Shown here in pieces: positions 1 to 9,882 of a stretch of 64,000 nucleotides of DNA; the stretch's first letter is position 1, and every line of letters starts with the position of its first letter. Source of the DNA: Chitinophagaceae bacterium (GTDB taxonomy: Bacteria; Bacteroidota; Bacteroidia; Chitinophagales; Chitinophagaceae); assembly GCA_039811345.1 (NCBI GenBank), contig JBDHYJ010000008.1, forward strand, positions 12,594-76,593, given 5' to 3'. Both the position numbers and the translations under genes were made by a program. Under the pieces are notes generated by a model. It was not told the origin of the DNA. It saw nothing but the letters and a program-made list of their open reading frames with translations, and did not search any database.

Positions 1-1350
1 AAGATCATTTTCCCACTCATTGAGACCCGAAAAGGTTAAGACCGCTCCCTGGAATTTTTGTAGTGTTGCCAATCCGCTGGTTATTTCTTTTTCACTGTGG
101 GCAACATTAATTTTGCGGTAGTTGGCCTCAAATTCCGGTGTTATCACAAACTGCCGGTTGCTGATAATATTCCGCATGTAACGTTCAATATAATCGAAGT
201 ATTCCGGATGACCACCCCAGGCAATCATAGCGGCATTTGACATCATGTCGGACAAACAACAGGTTTCATCTCCAGGATAATCTTTCATTGCAGGAAACCA
301 GCCTGTTCCTGTACCCAGTCTAAGGTAGTAATCCCAGGCTTGTTTTACAAAATCAAGGTAACGTGGCTCACCGGTGATTAATCCCAGGTGGCCAATGCCC
401 CATAAGGCATGCATTGTAGCGTGTCCATGACCTTCAAAAGAACCATCTTCTTTGAAACGAATCCCATCAGGCTGCAATCCATCTATGATGCCATCTGCGT
501 AAGCTTTGGCGAAAACAAGGCTTTCCTGGTCTCCTGTAGCCAGATAGAAATTTACCAGCGATTCAACCAGCGGAGCAGGTTGCTTGTTCCAAAAATTGGG
601 AACCGGTGTACCATCCAGCTTAACACCACCCATCCCGGCAGCGAGATAACATTTATTGGGTGTTGGATAGATCGCCAGTCGTTTTAACCTTAGCATTATT
701 TTCCGCCCTGTTTGCTTCGATTGTTCATTACCTGTACGGCGGTAATCCTCTGCCATGGCATATAATATTTTCGTTGCGCCCCAAATATGGTAAAGGTACT
801 CGTCCTTTTTCCACACCCTATTAGTTTCACTTTCGTTGAATGAACCAGGGTGGGCGATAACTGTTCCGTCATCCTGCACATAATCGAGTATACGCCTGTG
901 AAAGGCCTTTTCAATGTCTTCCCCTGAGGTTGACCCGCTTACTTGTCTCATAAAATACCATTCCCAGTTCAACCTGGTGTCGGTATCCGCTTCAACTATG
1001 GGATCATGACCCGATGGAATGGGTGGACAACCATACAACCGGCATTGAAATACAGGTTCGTAATTCAGCTCTTTTCGCGGAGTACGAATAAGATAGTTCA
1101 TCGCCCACTGTGCCATACGTACCATATCAATGTCATTATGGGGTAACCCTGCTGACAAAGGAGCAATCATGGACGGTGCATCAACAGCAATCTTAGTATC
1201 ATAAATTTTACCGGTAAGCCCACTGACTTTCGCAATAGTATCTCTTTTCCCCGGAATTGCAATCCCCTTATGCACCTTTTGGTTGTTACAAGAAAGGAAC
1301 AACAATAACACACCCGATACAAATATTGTGTTAAGCATATTTCTACCCAT
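1..1350 (-). CDS. Secreted lipoprotein of unknown function; the N-terminal 450 codons are in the window and the 3' end runs off the window start
   Basis: Absent from the supplied ORF track because it has no stop in the window. My minus-strand translation from the ATG at 1350 (alternative ATG at 1338) found no stop codon in the segments I checked by hand (bases 1-60, 121-300 and 661-720) and ends in frame at base 1. The N-terminus MGRNMLNTIFVSGVLLLFLSC looks like a lipoprotein signal with a lipobox Cys. Internal motifs include FEGHGHATMHALWG and GDETCCLSDMM. Confidence 0.7.
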   Translation of the reverse strand, partial: MGRNMLNTIFVSGVLLLFLSCNNQKVHKGIAIPGKRDTIAKVSGLTGKIYDTKIAVDAPSMIAPLSAGLPHNDIDMVRMAQWAMNYLIRTPRKELNYEPVFQCRLYGCPPIPSGHDPIVEADTDTRLNWEWYFMRQVSGSTSGEDIEKAFHRRILDYVQDDGTVIAHPGSFNESETNRVWKKDEYLYHIWGATKILYAMAEDYRRTGNEQSKQTGRKIMLRLKRLAIYPTPNKCYLAAGMGGVKLDGTPVPNFWNKQPAPLVESLVNFYLATGDQESLVFAKAYADGIIDGLQPDGIRFKEDGSFEGHGHATMHALWGIGHLGLITGEPRYLDFVKQAWDYYLRLGTGTGWFPAMKDYPGDETCCLSDMMSNAAMIAWGGHPEYFDYIERYMRNIISNRQFVITPEFEANYRKINVAHSEKEITSGLATLQKFQGAVLTFSGLNEWENDL

Positions 1351-1414
1351 GATAAAGCATTTTAAAAACTTATCATTATTTCCTGTTACCGGCGAACGGC
1401 TGTCTTTCCGTATT

Positions 1415-3418
1415 TTAATCAACCGGAGTCAGGATCGCCGTCCAGCCACCGCCTGCGGCCATTTCGAGAGACAGTGTATCCCCAGCTTTTATCCTCGATT
1501 GTTCAATTTTATAGTCCATACCATTTAAATCGGCATTCATACCATCTTTGAACACTTCCAGGTTGTATTCTCCTTTATCAAGAAAATTGCATTCAACTGT
1601 AAGCTGTCTCGCTGTCCAGTTGGTCATGGCACCGATATACCATTGCTTTCCTTTTTTTCTTGCTATAGCCGCATATTCCCCTATTTTCCCATTCAAAGGA
1701 ACCGACTGGTCCCATGTGGTGGGAATACCGGAAATAAAAGACAGGAATTCGGGTTCTTTGATATAGTTCGTAGCCATATCAACCAGGAATTGTAACGGTG
1801 AATAGTAAACGACAAACATAGCAACCTGGTGGGCTCTTGTTCCAAGCGTCATTTTTAAGCCAATAGCACTGCAAAAATTAGCGTGGTTTACGTTTCTCAT
1901 TGCCCCGGGAAGATAATCGAAAGGGCCTGCAAGCGTTCGAATAAAAGGTATGGTAACATTGTGTGCGGGGGTTACTTTGTCGCCCACCATATTTTGTTCG
2001 GAAGCATACACTGACTCATAGGTCAAAATATTCGGGTAAACGCGTGAAAGTCCGGCAGGATTTGTGGAACCATGATACTCCAGTAGTAAATGATGGCGGG
2101 CTGCGCTTTCTGCTATCCTGTAATAATCGTTTATCCCTAATTGATCGTCTCTTTCAAAAAAATCAACTTTCAAACCGGCAACACCCCATTTTTCAAACAT
2201 TGCCATGTTTTCTTCCAGGTTTTGGTACAAGGTTTTTGCCAGGCACCACAGCATAATTTTTTTATTCTTCTCCCTGCTGTATTTCAATATTCCTGGTAAA
2301 TCAAGGTCAGGGTGTATTTTGGAAAAATCATGGGGATCTGACCACCCGTAATCCATATTTACAAAATCAATATTATGTTTTACGGCAAAATCAATATTGT
2401 ATTTGTAGGAGTTATAATTGGTTCCCGACCTGAAATCAACCCCGGTAAGGATCATAGACTGCGGTGGCCCCGGTACCATTTCCCACCAGTCATTCACAAC
2501 ATTCCCGGTTTTGACCCAGGAAAAGTCAATATCTTTTTTTTGCCCGGGACTTAAGAGATACACCAGTTCATTGTTCATTAAACTTTTATCATCATCGCTA
2601 ATGATGATAATACGCCAGGGGAATGTCCGCACTCCGGAAGTATTTGCTATATAATCAGCGGTACGGGTAACTCCCACCTTCCAGAGTTCTTTGTTATTCA
2701 CATTTGTTTCCAGCGGATAATGCCTGAATACGCCCTTTAATGTTTTTCCTTCAGAAGTCAGGTACATACCTGGATAGTCTTCGATATCCGACTCTGTTAT
2801 AGCCACCCTGGTGCCGTCCGGAATTTCAATAACAGCAGGCAGAATGGCAACATTTCCCCCAGAGTCAATTTTGGAAACAGGCTGATGCAGGTAAACATTT
2901 TCATAGATATATTTTTCTTTTTTCCCTCGTATAAAATATCCATTAAAGTCTTCCGGGAAATTAAAAGTAGCTTCTTCATCTTCTATCTGTAATCGTCCCG
3001 CTATATTTGTTTCAAACCGGTAAGCTACACCTTCATTATAGGCACGGAAAACTATGGAATAATTACCCTTAAATGTCAGGCTTAACTCATTGTATACTTC
3101 TTTAAGAATTGCATTTCGGCCATACAACGGCGTTATCTCCCGGTCTGTTGTCCGGTTTTTTTTACGGATCAATACCGGATTCGACCCAAGCACTCCTGTC
3201 TTGCTGATGCTCATTGAAACAGGAGATTCGGTTATTATTGTTTTTTCATTGTGTACTATTGAATAAGTTACTTTATCACCCAGCGTTATTATTACCCTGG
3301 TTCTTTTGTCAGGTGATAATAATATTGAAGGCTTTACTGTGGCCTGTACACTGAGATAAAACCCGAGGATGATGAAGATAATTCCGCATTGCCGTATGCT
3401 TCTATTCTTATTCATCAT
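1415..3418 (-). CDS. Glycoside hydrolase family 97 (alpha-glucosidase/alpha-galactosidase type)
   Basis: 667-aa ORF with an N-terminal signal peptide. The motifs GLKVDFFERDDQ and YHGSTNPAGLSRVYPNILTYESV match my recollection of the GH97 catalytic barrel (SusB-like). Confidence 0.8.
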   Translation of the reverse strand: MMNKNRSIRQCGIIFIILGFYLSVQATVKPSILLSPDKRTRVIITLGDKVTYSIVHNEKTIITESPVSMSISKTGVLGSNPVLIRKKNRTTDREITPLYGRNAILKEVYNELSLTFKGNYSIVFRAYNEGVAYRFETNIAGRLQIEDEEATFNFPEDFNGYFIRGKKEKYIYENVYLHQPVSKIDSGGNVAILPAVIEIPDGTRVAITESDIEDYPGMYLTSEGKTLKGVFRHYPLETNVNNKELWKVGVTRTADYIANTSGVRTFPWRIIIISDDDKSLMNNELVYLLSPGQKKDIDFSWVKTGNVVNDWWEMVPGPPQSMILTGVDFRSGTNYNSYKYNIDFAVKHNIDFVNMDYGWSDPHDFSKIHPDLDLPGILKYSREKNKKIMLWCLAKTLYQNLEENMAMFEKWGVAGLKVDFFERDDQLGINDYYRIAESAARHHLLLEYHGSTNPAGLSRVYPNILTYESVYASEQNMVGDKVTPAHNVTIPFIRTLAGPFDYLPGAMRNVNHANFCSAIGLKMTLGTRAHQVAMFVVYYSPLQFLVDMATNYIKEPEFLSFISGIPTTWDQSVPLNGKIGEYAAIARKKGKQWYIGAMTNWTARQLTVECNFLDKGEYNLEVFKDGMNADLNGMDYKIEQSRIKAGDTLSLEMAAGGGWTAILTPVD

Positions 3419-3480
3419 AATTTTTTATAAATCGAGTGAAGTAGCAGATATTTTCACTACTCGCTGCAAAAAATCACATT

Positions 3481-4794
3481 TCATGGTTTTGCATAATCAA
3501 ATACTATATTGCAAAAAGCCTTTACACCGGCATCAAGCCGGCTGTCATCAATAAAAAAATCAGGAGTGTGATGCGGCGCTGCCTTCTTTGGGTCCTGTCC
3601 TGCCGGCATTGCGCCTAAAAAGAAAAAGAAAGCCGGGGCCTTATTTCCATAAAATGAAAAATCTTCAGCCAGTGTTGTCCACTCCATTTCATACACTTTA
3701 TCTTTCCCAACAGCCCTTTGCAGTGAAGGAAGCATCTTCGTTACCAGTTCCGGATTGTTAAATGTTACTTCGGTTTTGGTATCAACACTTACTTCTGCGG
3801 TAGCACCTCCTGCCTGTGCAATATGTGTTACGGTTTTCTTTATGAGTTTTTTTACATCTTCATGCATTTCCTTGTCAAGTGTCCGGATCGTACCCTCCAT
3901 TACCAGTTCTTCGGGAATAATATTACTCCGTACTCCTGCATGTATTTTACCTATCGAAATAACTACCGGAGCTTTGCTGATATTTAACTGCCTGCTCACG
4001 ATAGTTTGCAGTCCTTCAATGATCTGGGCAGCAATCACCACAGGGTCTACACCGCTCCAGGGTTGGGAACCATGTGTTTGTTTGCCATGTACCCTGATTG
4101 TCAACCAGTCGCTGGCAGCCATTTCTGCACCGGGTTTATATTTAATTTCACCAATCGGAGTTAAAGCATCAATATGTAACCCGAAAATTGCATCTACCTT
4201 AGGGTTATCCATCACACCCTCTTTGACCATCAATGAGGCACCACCTTCTTCGTCCCCCGGCGGCCCTTCTTCAGCTGGTTGAAAGATAAATTTCACTGTA
4301 CCGGGTACATCTTTTTTCATTGCGTTTAGTACAGTGGCAGTACCCATCATTATTGCCATGTGAGCATCATGCCCACAGGCATGCATTACCGGAACAGTTT
4401 CGCCAAGATATTCGGCTGTTACTTTAGATGCAAAAGGAAGATTGGTGCGTTCTTTAACCGGAAGTGCATCCATATCACTCCTAAGGGCAACTACCGGGCC
4501 CGGCTTACCACCTTTTAAAATACCTACTACTCCGGTTTTGGCGATATTGGTGTGAACTTCCAATCCAAGCTTCCGCAGATATGCTTCAATATAAGCGGCA
4601 GTTTTAAACTCACGGTTCGAAAGTTCGGGATGTTCGTGCAGGTATCTTCTCCATTCTATTAATTGTGGTCTCAGTTGCTCAGCTCTTTCACTCACTTGTT
4701 GATATATTTTCTGGGCATACAGAACATTTACAAGATTTATCAAAATGATAGCCGTCAGAAAACACCTTTTTATCCTTTTGTTCATTTTTATCAT
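3481..4794 (-). CDS. M20D family amidohydrolase (N-acyl-amino acid amidohydrolase / hippurate hydrolase-like), secreted
   Basis: 437-aa ORF with a signal peptide. Metal-binding motifs HACGHDAHMA and QPAEEGPPG...GGA are typical of the M20D family. Confidence 0.85.
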   Translation of the reverse strand: MIKMNKRIKRCFLTAIILINLVNVLYAQKIYQQVSERAEQLRPQLIEWRRYLHEHPELSNREFKTAAYIEAYLRKLGLEVHTNIAKTGVVGILKGGKPGPVVALRSDMDALPVKERTNLPFASKVTAEYLGETVPVMHACGHDAHMAIMMGTATVLNAMKKDVPGTVKFIFQPAEEGPPGDEEGGASLMVKEGVMDNPKVDAIFGLHIDALTPIGEIKYKPGAEMAASDWLTIRVHGKQTHGSQPWSGVDPVVIAAQIIEGLQTIVSRQLNISKAPVVISIGKIHAGVRSNIIPEELVMEGTIRTLDKEMHEDVKKLIKKTVTHIAQAGGATAEVSVDTKTEVTFNNPELVTKMLPSLQRAVGKDKVYEMEWTTLAEDFSFYGNKAPAFFFFLGAMPAGQDPKKAAPHHTPDFFIDDSRLDAGVKAFCNIVFDYAKP

Positions 4795-5873
4795 TACTTT
4801 TTTAATATCTTATCCGCATTTGTTTTATATATCTTTTTTAAAGTTGCATCACTTAGCCCAAGTCCATATAACGGCCAATGGTAATAGTAAAGGTCTATTG
4901 CATAAAAATGTTCATCATTGGTTTGCAATACACGGAAAGTGGTTTCATACATATATTCATCCATCTTCATGTCGGTACCGTACACCAATCTGTCCTGGAA
5001 CTTTTCGAAGAAGTTATGCATATAGCGTGGTATAGGTGCTATTTCCGCAATTCTAGCGGAAAGATCGGCATACAGGTTTTTGTATTTTGTGAACAAATTA
5101 CCCAGTATAGACATGTCATATTCACAATTGGCCAGATGACTTGCAATGAAGATCGTGTTAGGATTATCGCGTACTACATTTTCCAGGGTTTTAATCAATG
5201 CTGCATGTCCAAGCAAGCCTTTTTTAGTGGAATCAATTCTCCAATAATACGCATTCATCAAACCATCGTTAGTTGAGTCCATTGGCTCGTACATCCACAT
5301 AGGATCGGCAACATGTACATTTACCGGAATCTTCAGTTCTCCGCATTTTTGAAAAAGGGGTTTCATCCTCGGATCATCAATGTGCATTCCATAAGCAATC
5401 GTTGGCTCCGAAAACATTTCACCATATCCTTTGTCACCAAGTTCTCCCACACCCCTGGCTCCGGCTTTAACGCAACGCTCCAGTTCTTTTACCGCTTTCT
5501 CACTCCAGCCAGGCTCATTATATCCCGTATAATCGAACCCGCACCATACTTCAAAACGATCGCTATAGGGTGCATATACCCTGCATATTGAATCAAAAGA
5601 TGGCCCGGTCTTCTGCGCCAGTAATACGGTTTTTGCTATACCTAACTTATCCATACGCCTGATCATATTTTTGATATCTTCTTCATTCTTCATCTGTCGT
5701 GGATGAGCATGCATATCTACCACCGGGAATTTTGCTTTAGTAATTTTAGTAACAGGCACCTTATATATGGACTTCGGACGGTAATTCTTAAGCAGGATAT
5801 TCTCGGGATTTTGTGCGATACATTCACTGAAAAGTGATAGAAATAGAAATGAAAAGAAAATCGTTTTATACAT
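4794..5873 (-). CDS. Metal-dependent TIM-barrel amidohydrolase family protein, secreted
   Basis: 359-aa ORF with signal peptide MYKTIFFSFLFLSLFSECIAQ. It carries VVDMHAHP, NVHVADP and YGTD motifs. Its stop overlaps the start of the downstream M20 gene by 1 nt, which suggests an operon. Confidence 0.7.
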   Translation of the reverse strand: MYKTIFFSFLFLSLFSECIAQNPENILLKNYRPKSIYKVPVTKITKAKFPVVDMHAHPRQMKNEEDIKNMIRRMDKLGIAKTVLLAQKTGPSFDSICRVYAPYSDRFEVWCGFDYTGYNEPGWSEKAVKELERCVKAGARGVGELGDKGYGEMFSEPTIAYGMHIDDPRMKPLFQKCGELKIPVNVHVADPMWMYEPMDSTNDGLMNAYYWRIDSTKKGLLGHAALIKTLENVVRDNPNTIFIASHLANCEYDMSILGNLFTKYKNLYADLSARIAEIAPIPRYMHNFFEKFQDRLVYGTDMKMDEYMYETTFRVLQTNDEHFYAIDLYYYHWPLYGLGLSDATLKKIYKTNADKILKK

Positions 5874-6113
5874 GATTCCGGAATTTAATAACCCTAATAA
5901 CTAAGAGATGGTATTGATTGTATTTTTTAACAATAGAGCCTTTAATTAGAATATTTCACTAATTCTTTTCAGGGAAATAAGTTGATGCCAATAAAAAATC
6001 ACACAAACGTTTGCAATAATATCGAACTGTTTTATTGCACTACTTTTAATTTTGAATGGAGAATTTATTTCGTGATGATGTCTAAAATGTTTTATTTATT
6101 TAAAAAACAAAGG

Positions 6114-9107
6114 ATGAAAAAACTGCTGTTTTGTATTGTATTTGGCTGCTTTTGGGGTACAGTTGCTGCACAGGAACCAAAGTTCACCAATACAAATAAT
6201 GCATGGGATGCGGATTCGCTTGGTAATCACCGTGTGCTGGTAAACTTTAATGGTGAAGGTAACGTGGCAAAAGTTGTAATCCCATGGAGGAGAAGAGACA
6301 ATCATCCTGAGAACAAGAAAATAATTGTAGAAGACGTACAATCGGGTAAAGCTGTACCCAATGTTATTGCCAAAAATATATCGCAGGCTTCCGGAGAAAT
6401 TTACTTTGAGCCTGTGTCGGGGAAAGGCAGTTATTATATATACTATATGCCTTATAAAAACGAAGGGCGTGCCAATTATCCCCAGGGTGTATATCTGCAA
6501 CCTACCGAAACCGCTTCTGCCAACTGGCTTTCAGGTATTCATTATGACATGCAACCCAATGCCATTGCTGCTGAAATACAAAGTATAAATGCATTCAACA
6601 GCAATTTCCCCATGGAGGTGACGGCAACAGAAAAAGAAACTGAAGATTTAATACTGAAAAATAAATCAAAACCATTTATTATTTTCCCGGAAGATCGTGC
6701 ATTCCCTGTAAGGATGAGAACAAAACTCCCCCGAAGATGGGTAGAGAAAGGCCCTTCACTTAGTTTTTCGGGTAAGGCTGACCGTGGTGAACACTATAGT
6801 TTTCAACTCGTCATTTTTGCGCTTGAAAATACTGAAGGAATAAACATTACCTTCTCTGATCTGAAGAATGAAAAAGGAAAAATCATTGCCTCAAAAAATA
6901 TTTCATGCCTAAATACTGCAGGTGTTCAATATGACGGAACTCCTTTTTCACAAAACCCTTCTGTAGAAAAAGGTCATATACAATCGTTGTGGTGCCTTGC
7001 AGAAATACCAGCTACCGCAACAGCAGGCAGATACAAGGGTAAGGCTGTCATCAAAAGCAACTCGCATCCTTCTGTAACGGTGTCACTCACCATTGATGTT
7101 TCAGGAAAAGTATTATCCGATGGTGGCATCAGTACACCGGAACTGCAAACCAGGCTTCACTGGCTCAACTCCACCATGGCACAGGAGAATACTGTGATTG
7201 CTCCTTATACTCCGCTTAAAGTAAATAAAAGAGGTATTGACCTGCTGGGGCGGAGAATATATGTTGGAGACAATGGATTTCCGTTGCAAATATTATCTTT
7301 CTTCACTTCAGCAATGACAGGATACAGCGACAAGCCTTCACGCATTTTCACCGGTCCTGTGCAATTTAATATTACAAAGCAGGGTGCATCCAATGCCATG
7401 GCCTGGAAAAACAAAGGGTTGGTGTTTATAAAAAAAGAGCCAGGGACAGTAAGCTGGAAAGCTGAGAATTATAATACTGACCTGAAGCAGGAAGTGAATG
7501 CAACCCTTGAGTTTGACGGGTTTATTATGTATACTGTTAAGCTCATCGCACAGAATGATATCAACCTGAAGGATATTGCCATGATACTACCATTTACCAA
7601 AGAAGCTTCAAAATATATGATGGGACTTGGGCAAAAAGGAGGCTATCGTCCGGCAAAATTTGAATGGAAATGGGATGTGGCCCACAAAAACCAGGATGGT
7701 GCATGGATTGGCAATGTTAATATGGGATTGCAATACAGCCTAAGAGATGAAAAATATGTTCGCCCTTTAAATACTAATTTCTATTTACAAAAACCATTGT
7801 TACTTCCTGCATCCTGGGGAAATGATAACAAGGGTGGTATTAATATATATGAAGAAAACAACAGCATCAATGTAAACAATTATTCCGGTGAACGCCAGAT
7901 GAAAAAGGGAGATACACTTTTCTACAATTTCACTTTGCTCATCACTCCTTTCCATACCATTAATACGGATTTTCAATGGGCTACACGCTTTTATCACAGT
8001 TACAATACAATTGACAGTATTAAGTCAACAGGTGCAACAATAGTAAACATTCATCATGCTACCCCAATAAACCCATGGATCAACTATCCCTTTATTGAGT
8101 GGAAAAAAATGAAGAACTATATTGATGAAGCACACAGCAAGGGATTGAAGGTGAAGATTTATAATACCGTAAGAGAATTATCCAACCGGGCCTATGAAAC
8201 TTTTCCCATGCGCAGTCTTGGACATGAAATATATTCACCGGGCAAAGGCGGTGGGTTCAGTTGGCTGCAGGAACATTTAGGCGACGACTACATAGCTGCC
8301 TGGTTTGTACCCGAAATAAAAGATGCTGCAATAATAAACAGCGGTATGAGCCGGTGGCACAATTATTATGTGGAAGGAATGAACTGGCTGGTGAATAATG
8401 TAGGCATTGATGGTATATATCTTGATGATGTAGCATTTGATCGTATTACTATGAAACGCATTAAGCGGGTGCTCACACAAAATGGTCATCCCGGTATCAT
8501 TGACCTGCATTCTGCCAATCAGTTCAATAATCGCGATGGCTTTAACAATAGCGCCAATCTGTATATGGAACATTTCCCCTACCTCAACAGGTTGTGGTTT
8601 GGAGAATATTTCGATTATGAAAATAATGGCCCTGATTTTTTCCTGACTGAAGTGAGTGGAATCCCTTTCGGACTTATGGGTGAAATGCTGGAAAGGGGGG
8701 GGAACCCCTGGCGTGGCATGATATATGGCATGACCAACCGTATGCCCTGGAATACCAATAATGATCCGCGTCCTTTATGGAAACTGTGGGATGAGTTTGG
8801 TATGAAAGGATCAGAAATGATTGGCTACTGGAGCGACGACTGCCCGGTGAAAACAAGTAATAGTCATATACCGGCAACAGTATATAAGAAAAATAAAGCG
8901 GCACTGGTTTCCATAGCCAGTTGGGCAAATGGGGATACCAGTTGCAAGCTTCAGATAGACTGGAAAAAATTGGGTATAGATGCAGCGAAAGCAAGAATAG
9001 CAGCGCCTGATATTAAAGGTTTTCAAACGGGAAGAACATTTAATGCAACTGATGATATTCCTGTAGAAAAGGGCAAGGGCTGGATACTGGAAATTTCTGA
9101 ACAATAA
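6114..9107 (+). CDS. Large secreted glycoside-hydrolase-like protein (TIM-barrel-like C-terminal half, DUF4091/GH123-like)
   Basis: The track ORF starts at 5982. The ATG at 6114 gives a canonical signal peptide MKKLLFCIVFGCFWGTVAAQ, so I prefer it. The C-terminal half has barrel-like motifs (GLKVKIYNTVRE, GIDGIYLDDVAFD). Confidence 0.6.
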   Translation: MKKLLFCIVFGCFWGTVAAQEPKFTNTNNAWDADSLGNHRVLVNFNGEGNVAKVVIPWRRRDNHPENKKIIVEDVQSGKAVPNVIAKNISQASGEIYFEPVSGKGSYYIYYMPYKNEGRANYPQGVYLQPTETASANWLSGIHYDMQPNAIAAEIQSINAFNSNFPMEVTATEKETEDLILKNKSKPFIIFPEDRAFPVRMRTKLPRRWVEKGPSLSFSGKADRGEHYSFQLVIFALENTEGINITFSDLKNEKGKIIASKNISCLNTAGVQYDGTPFSQNPSVEKGHIQSLWCLAEIPATATAGRYKGKAVIKSNSHPSVTVSLTIDVSGKVLSDGGISTPELQTRLHWLNSTMAQENTVIAPYTPLKVNKRGIDLLGRRIYVGDNGFPLQILSFFTSAMTGYSDKPSRIFTGPVQFNITKQGASNAMAWKNKGLVFIKKEPGTVSWKAENYNTDLKQEVNATLEFDGFIMYTVKLIAQNDINLKDIAMILPFTKEASKYMMGLGQKGGYRPAKFEWKWDVAHKNQDGAWIGNVNMGLQYSLRDEKYVRPLNTNFYLQKPLLLPASWGNDNKGGINIYEENNSINVNNYSGERQMKKGDTLFYNFTLLITPFHTINTDFQWATRFYHSYNTIDSIKSTGATIVNIHHATPINPWINYPFIEWKKMKNYIDEAHSKGLKVKIYNTVRELSNRAYETFPMRSLGHEIYSPGKGGGFSWLQEHLGDDYIAAWFVPEIKDAAIINSGMSRWHNYYVEGMNWLVNNVGIDGIYLDDVAFDRITMKRIKRVLTQNGHPGIIDLHSANQFNNRDGFNNSANLYMEHFPYLNRLWFGEYFDYENNGPDFFLTEVSGIPFGLMGEMLERGGNPWRGMIYGMTNRMPWNTNNDPRPLWKLWDEFGMKGSEMIGYWSDDCPVKTSNSHIPATVYKKNKAALVSIASWANGDTSCKLQIDWKKLGIDAAKARIAAPDIKGFQTGRTFNATDDIPVEKGKGWILEISEQ

Positions 9108-9134
9108 AAACAAAATTTTTATACCAATACATAA

Positions 9135-9761
9135 TTGAAAGTGGATTTGCCTGAAACAAAATTACCGGAAGACTTTGTGTCTGTTATTCTTTCATCATTG
9201 AAAGCTGATGCTGCCGATCTGTTGCAACAAAAAGGGATGGTGATTTGGATGACAGGACTTTCAGGTTCGGGAAAGAGTACTATTGCACGGTTGCTTGAAA
9301 AAAAACTGGGTGAAGAAAACTATTTTTCTGTTGTACTCGATGGTGATGAATTACGGCAAACACTAAATAAAGATCTCGGCTTCAGTGAAGCCGACCGGTC
9401 TGAAAATATTCGCCGTGCCGCCGAGTTGGCAAAATTGCTGGTTCAAAAAAATATTATTGTAATCTGCTCTTTTATCACACCCCTGCAAAAGCACCGTCAA
9501 CTTGCTGCTGCTATAACAGGAGATGTTTATTATGAAGTATTTGTTGATTGTCCACTGCAAATTTGTGAGCAGCGGGATGTAAAAGGGCTGTACAGGAAGG
9601 CACGCAATAATGAAATTACAGACTTCACCGGCATTGGTTCTGGTTTCGAGCCTGGTGTAAACGCAAATTTAACACTACATACCAATACTGAAAGTGCAAC
9701 AGAAAGTATGGAGAAATTATTTTCCCATATACTACCGAAAATACAATTAGAGAAAAATTGA
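9135..9761 (+). CDS. cysC: Adenylyl-sulfate (APS) kinase
   Basis: P-loop WMTGLSGSGKSTIA followed by LDGDELR and FSEADRSENIRR motifs. The start is TTG as given in the track, and the N-terminal extent is uncertain. Confidence 0.9.
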   Translation: MKVDLPETKLPEDFVSVILSSLKADAADLLQQKGMVIWMTGLSGSGKSTIARLLEKKLGEENYFSVVLDGDELRQTLNKDLGFSEADRSENIRRAAELAKLLVQKNIIVICSFITPLQKHRQLAAAITGDVYYEVFVDCPLQICEQRDVKGLYRKARNNEITDFTGIGSGFEPGVNANLTLHTNTESATESMEKLFSHILPKIQLEKN

Positions 9762-9882
9762 CTTGTACCCTTCTTTTCGCAGAAATATTTGTATAAATTG
9801 GTAATCATAATCCCATCATCTTACTGACACTCCTGAGACGTAACCTATGGTTTACTTCATTGGATACTAAAATCAATTACAT

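Noticed and set aside
3755-4282. 175-aa plus-strand ORF
   Set aside because: It is entirely antisense to the well-supported M20 amidohydrolase gene, and its Ser/Thr/Ile/Cys-rich translation is typical of a shadow frame.
5982-6113. N-terminal 44-codon extension of the 1041-aa ORF
   Set aside because: The extension is AT-rich and Cys/Asn/Phe-rich with no signal-peptide character. The ATG at 6114 yields a canonical signal peptide.
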